DNA of 44,611 nucleotides from a virus (Duplodnaviria; Heunggongvirae; Uroviricota; Caudoviricetes): IMG/VR virus record IMGVR_UViG_2703718850_000006, positions 1 to 44,611 of that record; one strand, 5' to 3'. Shown piece by piece: positions 37,099 to 43,484 of this stretch (position 1 is its first letter; each line of letters starts with the position of its first letter). The notes under the pieces were generated by a model. It saw only the letters and a program-made list of their open reading frames with translations, ran no database searches and was not told where the DNA came from. The position numbers and the translations under genes were made by a program.

Positions 37099-37952
37099 TA
37101 TTTGTTCTCCTGTAAAAGATTCGCGAGCTCAGTGTTATGGGTAAACAGCCCATCCCATGTTTTCTTCATCGGTAGTTCACCGTTCAGATAATGGCGATAT
37201 AACCAGGCGGCACCTTTTTTCTTCAGGAGTGGTTTGAAAATCTCGCGCATTTCCCCGTTTTCCTGCTCAACCTGCCCAGAACGCTCAGTCAGGTATTGGT
37301 CACGTGCATACGCTTTTACACGCCAGCGCGGATACATAGCCTCCGGACGGTCGTCATACAGCCAGTTACGCTCTTCAAGGAACGCATTAATCTGACGAGT
37401 GTTTACACCGTTGAGTTGTTTGCAGAACTGCACAGGAGTGATGCCATCGGCGAGATGGCTTTCGAGTTTGCTGATGTAGCGAGCCTGACGCTCTGCATAC
37501 CCGAGAGCAAGGCGTTCGGATTTTTTGGCTTCAATCCACGCTTCAGCAGCAGCGATCGGATCGTCAAAGTCTGGAATAGTGTTTGAAGAAGGCGTTGCTT
37601 TACGAAAATACGCCTGCTCCATTTTTTCGAAGAACGACCAGGCCTCGTCTGTATCGACGATTTTTGACATGCGGGCAGCGCCGCGTTCTGTCCAGAGGAC
37701 AAGTGATGTTGTATGTTTATTAACCGACTCGCTAAAAGATAGTCGGAAAGATTTCAGCTCATCACCGCTGATTTTGAAAAAGTGTTTACCCTCAACGAAA
37801 CGATCTTCGTTTCGAATGTAGTTCTGTTGTATACGGATTGGCGTTGTTCCATATCCCGCCGCCAACGTTTCGGTGGTAACTACACGTACTCCCTGCCACT
37901 CAATAACTGGCAAGTTTTCAGGGTTGACTAATTTTTGTTTATTGATCATCAT
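37098..37952 (-). CDS. ORF6N-domain protein (antirepressor-like)
   Basis: 284-aa ORF; N-terminal ...GVRVVTTETLAAGYGTTPIRIQQNYIRNEDRFVEGKHFF... fits the ORF6N pattern as I recall it. Confidence 0.6.
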   Translation of the reverse strand: MMINKQKLVNPENLPVIEWQGVRVVTTETLAAGYGTTPIRIQQNYIRNEDRFVEGKHFFKISGDELKSFRLSFSESVNKHTTSLVLWTERGAARMSKIVDTDEAWSFFEKMEQAYFRKATPSSNTIPDFDDPIAAAEAWIEAKKSERLALGYAERQARYISKLESHLADGITPVQFCKQLNGVNTRQINAFLEERNWLYDDRPEAMYPRWRVKAYARDQYLTERSGQVEQENGEMREIFKPLLKKKGAAWLYRHYLNGELPMKKTWDGLFTHNTELANLLQENK

Positions 37953-37984
37953 GAAATCCCCTTACTAATCAGAATAAGTCGGGC

Positions 37985-38015
37985 TGACGGAGTGCGGCCC
38001 GGCTTTTCTTTTTTC
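37985..38015. other. stem-loop between cro-like gene and antirepressor (tR1-like position)
   Basis: cgggc-N12-gcccg with T-rich flank. Confidence 0.35.
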
Positions 38016-38028
38016 GTTCAGTAACCGT

Positions 38029-38301
38029 TCATCGCGTGGACATTTCTGATGAATCACTCTGCCCATCTTCCGTGTGCGCTAAGCTTGGATGTGGGAAAAG
38101 TTCCGGTAGATCAGGCCGGAACTCATAGGCCAGGATCTTTCCGTCGACAGCAGCAACTAATAAAGGCACAAATTCGGGTGAAATCTTATTCTTACAGTTC
38201 AACCAATCACAGACAATTGACTGAGCCTTTCCGCATCGCTTAGCCAAGGCTTGTTGGCTCCCAAGAATCTCAATTGCTTTCTCTACGGCTTTATGTTTCA
38301 T
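38029..38301 (-). CDS. cro: Cro-like HTH regulator
   Basis: ORF 38029..38328 trimmed to MKHKAVEKAI start after AGGAGA; HTH-like QQALAKRCGKAQSIV; divergent from cI. Confidence 0.7.
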   Translation of the reverse strand: MKHKAVEKAIEILGSQQALAKRCGKAQSIVCDWLNCKNKISPEFVPLLVAAVDGKILAYEFRPDLPELFPHPSLAHTEDGQSDSSEMSTR

Positions 38302-38416
38302 AATCGCATCTCCTATTACCGATAGCATATCAACAGTCTATGCGATTATCAACGGTAAAGCTAGAATATCTATCGGAATGCCTATAGACTAAGAGAGACA
38401 CAGAAGGAGGACTAAG
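38302..38416. promoter_or_regulatory. divergent immunity promoter/operator region (OR-like)
   Basis: 115-bp intergenic region between cro-like and cI-like genes with several short inverted and direct repeats (ATCGCAT/ATGCGAT, TATCAAC x2, TCTAT/ATAGA). Confidence 0.6.
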
Positions 38417-39109
38417 ATGACATTTTCTGAAAGACTCAATATGGCAATGCGCAATGCCGGGTATTCCCAAGGAAGACTGGCGAAAGAAGTTGGAATGGCT
38501 CAGTCAAGCGTCAATCAACTACTTAACAAAGCCAACGGCTCAAGGAAAACAGTGGAAATAGCAAAAGCTTTGGGCGTTAACCCGGAATGGCTTGCATCAG
38601 GCGTAGGTCCAATGGAAATCAAAACCTCAACAGACTCTCACCATGTACACAACATTTCTGAAGGATGCATTAGTAATTCATATGTCGTGGATGTTTTAGA
38701 CATCAGATACAGTTGTGGTCCCGGTAGCTATAATTCTGATTTTCCTGATATTGTTAGATCTATAGCGATAGAACCAGGATATGCATCAAGAATTTTTGGT
38801 GGCAGGCCGGCATCAACAATCAAAGCAATAAACGCCCACGGCGACAGTATGAAAGATACAATAAACCCTGAAGACCTGGTGTTTGTAGATATATCGGTTC
38901 ACACATTTAATGGCGATGGTATATACGCCTTTACATACTCTGGAACGTCGCACATCAAAAGACTTCAACGAGTCAAAGACACTCTGACAGTAATCTCAGA
39001 CAATCCGGCTTACAAGGATTGGGCTATCGAACAAGCTGACTTCGAGCAACTTCACATTGACGGAAAAGTAATCGTTAGTTGGCCTATGACGCTACACCGT
39101 TTCGCATAA
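38417..39109 (+). CDS. cI: CI-like repressor (N-terminal HTH, C-terminal S24 LexA-like peptidase)
   Basis: 230-aa ORF; HTH YSQGRLAKEVGMAQSSVNQL; C-terminal GDSM...K self-cleavage motif. Confidence 0.9.
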   Translation: MTFSERLNMAMRNAGYSQGRLAKEVGMAQSSVNQLLNKANGSRKTVEIAKALGVNPEWLASGVGPMEIKTSTDSHHVHNISEGCISNSYVVDVLDIRYSCGPGSYNSDFPDIVRSIAIEPGYASRIFGGRPASTIKAINAHGDSMKDTINPEDLVFVDISVHTFNGDGIYAFTYSGTSHIKRLQRVKDTLTVISDNPAYKDWAIEQADFEQLHIDGKVIVSWPMTLHRFA

Positions 39110-39130
39110 GCGATAATTTTTAACATCCCC

Positions 39131-39157
39131 GCCCACTCCACGAGTGGGCTTTTTTTT
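39131..39157 (+). terminator. rho-independent terminator after cI
   Basis: gcccactc-cac-gagtgggc followed by tttttttt. Confidence 0.75.
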
Positions 39158-39178
39158 GAAAAAAAATCGATAAACCGA

Positions 39179-39207
39179 TTGACGTCGCAAATAGGATAAC
39201 CTATTAT
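39179..39207 (+). promoter_or_regulatory. sigma-70 promoter (pL-like) with palindromic operator
   Basis: TTGACG-N17-TATTAT; spacer contains perfect inverted repeat AATAGG-ATAA-CCTATT (39190..39205). Confidence 0.6.
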
Positions 39208-39247
39208 CATGACATAAATATCGAACTCACCAAAACAATCACAGAGG

Positions 39248-39679
39248 ATGAGGAAAATGTCATCGTATATGGGGTTACCAACAAATAAGCAAGATGCTCT
39301 TGAAAATATTCAGCTTTTAGTAGGGGCTAGTGGTCTACTGTATAGCAGCAATAACCCTGAGTTAATGGAGCTTGCCAGCTCCATCCTCGCTGTAACTCAA
39401 AAATATAGCCTCACGGCGGCGCATTCATGCAAACAAAATTTAGCTATTAATTCACAAAATCGCATACGCACCCAACGCGAAGCCTGCGGCTTAACAACAG
39501 CCGAACTCGCCAGTCTGCTCGATCTCGATGAAGAAATCATCATCCAGTGGGAAAGCGGAAAGTATGAACCAACCATCAGTATGCTTATCCCGCTGGCAAA
39601 TGTTCTTGGTTGCGATCCGATGTGGCTGTTAACTGGTGGGCCTATTGCCCGGGCTTCATCAGATACCATGGGGCAATAA
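39248..39679 (+). CDS. XRE-family HTH protein (C-terminal HTH)
   Basis: 143-aa ORF; C-terminal GLTTAELASLLDLDEEIIIQWESGKYEPTISMLIPLANVLG is a classic XRE HTH; alternative start at 39257. Confidence 0.6.
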   Translation: MRKMSSYMGLPTNKQDALENIQLLVGASGLLYSSNNPELMELASSILAVTQKYSLTAAHSCKQNLAINSQNRIRTQREACGLTTAELASLLDLDEEIIIQWESGKYEPTISMLIPLANVLGCDPMWLLTGGPIARASSDTMGQ

Positions 39680-39902
39680 TATCGCCGCGCTTCTCTATAA
39701 GCTGAGAGCGAATTTCACGAAGTTCTTCAACTGAGGAGCCGAAAGCCAGAGTGACATAATCGCCACTTCTGCCATCAAGATACATACGGACATTTCTCTC
39801 AACCATTGCGGAAACAGTCTCAATATGAAAACACTTCTGAGACTCGCTATATAGCAGAACATATAAGTCAGCTGAGGAAGCCATGAAAAAGCTCGAAAAC
39901 AT
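39642..39902 (-). CDS. hypothetical protein (86 aa), antisense between plus-strand genes
   Basis: ORF with RBS GGAGAA; 3' end overlaps XRE gene, 5' end overlaps next plus-strand ORF. Confidence 0.3.
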   Translation of the reverse strand: MFSSFFMASSADLYVLLYSESQKCFHIETVSAMVERNVRMYLDGRSGDYVTLAFGSSVEELREIRSQLIEKRGDIIAPWYLMKPGQ

Positions 39903-40248
39903 AACTGTTCTCCATGTTGATGACTTTGATTATGCAAACCAGGAATTTCTCCCGGAGGTTGTAAAGGCAATAGATGTAGCCGATATAGTGATTAGAGGAA
40001 AGAGAATTGTCAAAAACAGGCTCGCATGCACTTCAGGAGCAATGACAGAAACAACCTCACAACAAGATGATTATGAAGGCATTTGTCTGGAGCCTGATTC
40101 ATTTGCGGTAAATGTTTATCATTTATTGCATGCAACACAGGTATTACATATGTCCAGTAATCATGAAACAAAAACACTTGGCAGCGAAATTCTGAATTTT
40201 GCATGTGAATATGCAAAAGCTGCTGCCGAAAAAGAATTAGCGCAATAA
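39883..40248 (+). CDS. hypothetical protein (121 aa)
   Basis: ORF with RBS GAGGAAG. Confidence 0.45.
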   Translation: MKKLENITVLHVDDFDYANQEFLPEVVKAIDVADIVIRGKRIVKNRLACTSGAMTETTSQQDDYEGICLEPDSFAVNVYHLLHATQVLHMSSNHETKTLGSEILNFACEYAKAAAEKELAQ

Positions 40249-40326
40249 CAATAAATATTCCCTGAATGTTTATTACGGTTTTATCGCCGGGGATTGTTGC
40301 AACATTTATTCGCAGGAGATTATGTT

Positions 40327-40440
40327 ATGACCTTCCTGAAACATAAGGCATCGTATAAAACTGCCTGCCTCATTGCACAACATGGAGATTCTTATCTTCA
40401 TATAGCCAACCTGTATTTGCGCAAGGCTTATGGGAGATAA
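40327..40440 (+). CDS. small ORF (37 aa), possible leader peptide
   Basis: Read directly from sequence; RBS GCAGGAGA; below the 60-aa ORF-track cutoff. Confidence 0.3.
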   Translation: MTFLKHKASYKTACLIAQHGDSYLHIANLYLRKAYGR

Positions 40441-40444
40441 AATA

Positions 40445-40663
40445 ATGGAGACATCAGCACGAAATAAAATGCAGAATGAGCCTGAGCAGGGGGGGGTAAT
40501 ACACGAAAAAGTAAGAGTGTTGCTAACCATTGAAAATGGGAAAGTAATTTACTCAAAACATCTGTTGGATAATGAATTCGTTGGTTGCATGGATACATTT
40601 CTGTGGATGGCAAAAAGAGCGGGTTACACGATTATTCCACCAGCAAAGGAACAAACATTATGA
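40445..40663 (+). CDS. hypothetical protein (72 aa) containing a G8 homopolymer
   Basis: ORF 40430..40663 trimmed to METSARNK start after GGGAGA; poly-G tract at 40489..40496; ATGA-coupled to next gene. Confidence 0.5.
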   Translation: METSARNKMQNEPEQGGVIHEKVRVLLTIENGKVIYSKHLLDNEFVGCMDTFLWMAKRAGYTIIPPAKEQTL

Positions 40664-41241
40664 ACAATTTTGAATTCAAACCAGAAGCGACAGCTCATGG
40701 CATAAAAATTGACAATACAACCATTGATTATGTTGATGCCGTACAGCGACTTAATGATGGTGAATACGACAATCCATACTGGCACGGCTTAAGAATCATG
40801 CAATGTATTGCTGAAGCCGATGATGCCGGATTCCTGGGAAGATTTTCAGTCGATATGAAGGTTGCTCAATGGCGCTGGCTGTATGTGGCAACGTTTATCA
40901 GTGAAGAGGAAAACAAGAACGGCACCATTGATATCCCTAACGATAACGGAACCACAGATCACGCAGTTATTTATAAGGGAAAGCATGGTTGTATAAGTAT
41001 ATACCCGGGGCCACTTCGCATTGCCCTGCAAAACCATGTTGAATGGGGATTTATTGAAAAATATGGCGAAGCTGAAGGCATGGGGAGAGTTCTGTTTCTC
41101 TATCAAAAAATGCTCATCGCAGATCCTGATAATGGTTTCATTCTCTCTGCTATGGGGCGCGAAGGGCTTGAACTCCTTCTGGATGAAATGATTAACGACC
41201 TGAATACTCATGGTATGCCAGAAGCGCCAGTGACACATTAA
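40660..41241 (+). CDS. hypothetical protein (193 aa)
   Basis: ORF 40585..41241 trimmed to MNNFEF start after AAAGGAA. Confidence 0.55.
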   Translation: MNNFEFKPEATAHGIKIDNTTIDYVDAVQRLNDGEYDNPYWHGLRIMQCIAEADDAGFLGRFSVDMKVAQWRWLYVATFISEEENKNGTIDIPNDNGTTDHAVIYKGKHGCISIYPGPLRIALQNHVEWGFIEKYGEAEGMGRVLFLYQKMLIADPDNGFILSAMGREGLELLLDEMINDLNTHGMPEAPVTH

Positions 41242-41286
41242 ATATTAAGAAGACTATAATTCTTCCATTTTTTACTAACCGTTTAT

Positions 41287-41394
41287 ATGAAAAGCAACCG
41301 TGAATTAAACAGAGTAAAACTGATTTTAATCCTTGCCACAGTGCTTACACTAACAGAAATCATTATTCTCTTTATTGCGCTGTCAGTCGGTTAA
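41287..41394 (+). CDS. small hydrophobic peptide (35 aa, single TM)
   Basis: Read directly from sequence (MKSNRELNRVKLILILATVLTLTEIIILFIALSVG); weak RBS. Confidence 0.3.
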   Translation: MKSNRELNRVKLILILATVLTLTEIIILFIALSVG

Positions 41395-41417
41395 AAATAT
41401 CGGGATACCACAGACCA

Positions 41418-41606
41418 ATGAGACTGTATTTCACAATAGTAATTTTACTGGCAATTATCGCATGCATTTACGGATTATTCGTTCCGTTCCTTATATCCAT
41501 GAAGGATACGATAGCAGTTATTTCTGGCTTTGCACTGGCGTTTCTGACCCCGCCCTGCATTTATGCCATTTACAAGGGTCTTTCTTTCACTAAGGATAAA
41601 AGATGA
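41418..41606 (+). CDS. small membrane protein (62 aa, two TM segments)
   Basis: ORF ATGA-coupled to the SPFH gene. Confidence 0.45.
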   Translation: MRLYFTIVILLAIIACIYGLFVPFLISMKDTIAVISGFALAFLTPPCIYAIYKGLSFTKDKR

Positions 41607-42430
41607 AAAAAATTATTTTTGCTTTAGCCATTGTTCTGCCGACTATTGGCCTTGTCGGTTGCGATCGCGTTGAACCAGGTAATGTTGGCATCAAGGTAAA
41701 TAAACTGGGCGACGACAAAGGCGTCGGTGAGGTGGTCGGTGTTGGTCGCTACTGGACTGGCTGGAATACTGAAGTTTATATCTTCCCCACCTTCAAACAA
41801 ATGAAGACCTACGATGAACCGTTCAGTTTCCAGATGAGTGACGGTACAACCATCGGCTATCACATCGGTGTGGCCTACAAAGTTGATCCATCCAAAGTTA
41901 CCACGGTGTTTCAGACCTACCGCAAAGGCGTGGATGACATTACCGACACTGACCTGCGCCAGAAAATTGCCGACGCACTCAATCGGCTGGCCAGCAAAAT
42001 GACCACTGACAAATTTATCGACGGCGGCAAGTCTGAACTACTGGATGCCGCACTTAAAGACATTCAGGAAGAGATGACACCCATCGGCATTCAGGTAATG
42101 AGCCTCTCTTATGTAGGTAAACCGGAATACCCTCCAACCGTTATCGACAGCATTAACGCCAAAGTCACGGCAAACCAGAAAACCCTGCAGCGCGAACAGG
42201 AAGTCAAGCAACGTGAAGCGGAGGCCAACATGCTACGTGCGGAAGCTGCCGGACAGGCTGATGCCATTCGAACAAAAGCCCAGGCAGAAGCCGATGCCAT
42301 TCGTTTACGCGGCGAAGCTCTGCGCCAGAACCCAGGCGTCATGGAGCTGGAAGCCATCAACAAGTGGAACGGTACACTGCCGCAATACATGACCAGTGGT
42401 GCCAATACACCATTTATCCAGATTAAATAA
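41603..42430 (+). CDS. SPFH/band-7 (HflC/stomatin-like) domain lipoprotein
   Basis: 275-aa ORF; lipoprotein signal with lipobox LVGC; SPFH-like core and C-terminal charged coiled-coil (...QREQEVKQREAEANMLRAEAAGQADAIR...). Confidence 0.75.
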   Translation: MKKIIFALAIVLPTIGLVGCDRVEPGNVGIKVNKLGDDKGVGEVVGVGRYWTGWNTEVYIFPTFKQMKTYDEPFSFQMSDGTTIGYHIGVAYKVDPSKVTTVFQTYRKGVDDITDTDLRQKIADALNRLASKMTTDKFIDGGKSELLDAALKDIQEEMTPIGIQVMSLSYVGKPEYPPTVIDSINAKVTANQKTLQREQEVKQREAEANMLRAEAAGQADAIRTKAQAEADAIRLRGEALRQNPGVMELEAINKWNGTLPQYMTSGANTPFIQIK

Positions 42431-42438
42431 CTTATATG

Positions 42439-42457
42439 CCCGGCAGGCCGCCGGGCT
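42439..42457 (+). other. GC-rich stem-loop downstream of SPFH gene
   Basis: gcccggc-aggcc-gccgggc. Confidence 0.4.
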
Positions 42458-42464
42458 AAGGGAA

Positions 42465-42842
42465 ATGCAGATGAACACCCAGAATACTCAACCGCAAATA
42501 ATGAACTATGACCCGAATCTGACGTCGTGCGGACGCATGGCAAAACAAACCGTTCGATTAACTTTCGGACTATGGGAATACCGCGAAACATTCGAAGTTA
42601 CTGTCGGCGGCAATCTGACCGGACTGGATGTTATCAGTTGCGCTATTGAAAGCCTGTACGCAACGCTACCTTATGAAGAAGTCAGGGATAAGCGTACTGG
42701 GGAAACGGATATCATGGCCACCATTAATATTGGCGAACTGATATGCCAGGATGAAGACCTGTCCGGAGAGCTCTGGCTTGCCGGGATGCTTGTCTCAGCA
42801 GAAATTATCAGTATTGAACCCGCTACAAACATACGACTCTGA
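42465..42842 (+). CDS. hypothetical protein (125 aa)
   Basis: ORF 42396..42842 trimmed to MQMNTQ start after AAGGGAA. Confidence 0.5.
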   Translation: MQMNTQNTQPQIMNYDPNLTSCGRMAKQTVRLTFGLWEYRETFEVTVGGNLTGLDVISCAIESLYATLPYEEVRDKRTGETDIMATINIGELICQDEDLSGELWLAGMLVSAEIISIEPATNIRL

Positions 42843-42873
42843 AGTTCTCACTATTCAGAGAGCAGGAGAAAAA

Positions 42874-43116
42874 ATGTTCGCTCTGATTAATCAAGGACAA
42901 CTGTATACCGACAGTGCCGGTTACCCGGTAAAAATTGTTCGCTGCATAAACAACACCGTGTTGTACAGAAGAATGGACGGGCAAACACAATCGGTAAAAA
43001 TGAACGATTTTAATGAATCGTTTGAACGGATCGATCACCAGGAATACCGACAAATTCTGGCAGAAACAGAACAGGAAGCTCATCTGAAAAAATTACGTGC
43101 CATGAAAAGGAAGTAA
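42874..43116 (+). CDS. hypothetical protein (80 aa)
   Basis: ORF 42751..43116 trimmed to MFALINQ start after AGGAGAAAAA. Confidence 0.5.
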   Translation: MFALINQGQLYTDSAGYPVKIVRCINNTVLYRRMDGQTQSVKMNDFNESFERIDHQEYRQILAETEQEAHLKKLRAMKRK

Positions 43117-43119
43117 AGA

Positions 43120-43266
43120 ATGAATAAAGCGTTTGAGCTATGGGTACGCCAGCGTTACGGCAATCGCTATGACCTGACGCGAGATGTTGACGGTTTCTAC
43201 TGTCGCGAAATTGTGAGACGAATGTTTGAAGTGTGGTGCCACTGCCGTGGGCTGAATGTTGTGTGA
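43120..43266 (+). CDS. small hypothetical protein (48 aa, Cys/His-containing)
   Basis: Read directly from sequence (MNKAFELWVRQRYGNRYDLTRDVDGFYCREIVRRMFEVWCHCRGLNVV); RBS AAGGAAG. Confidence 0.4.
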   Translation: MNKAFELWVRQRYGNRYDLTRDVDGFYCREIVRRMFEVWCHCRGLNVV

Positions 43267-43274
43267 GGTGATGT

Positions 43275-43484
43275 ATGGGACTGGATTGCGTGCCTATATC
43301 AACCTACTGCCGCGACGCGGGAGAAACGGTTGATGCCGTTAACAAACGGATACAAAGAGGAATCTGGAAAGAAGGGATTCATGTATTAAAAGTCGACGGA
43401 GTTAAAGAACGTTGGGTCGACTTAATGGAGATTTCAAAATGGGCAAGAAAGAACAAGGATCATTATCTCTCCCTAGAGGAGTAA
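43275..43484 (+). CDS. xis: excisionase-like protein
   Basis: 69-aa ORF immediately upstream of and overlapping int; ...VDAVNKRIQRGIWKEGIH... resembles excisionase-like proteins. Confidence 0.55.
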   Translation: MGLDCVPISTYCRDAGETVDAVNKRIQRGIWKEGIHVLKVDGVKERWVDLMEISKWARKNKDHYLSLEE

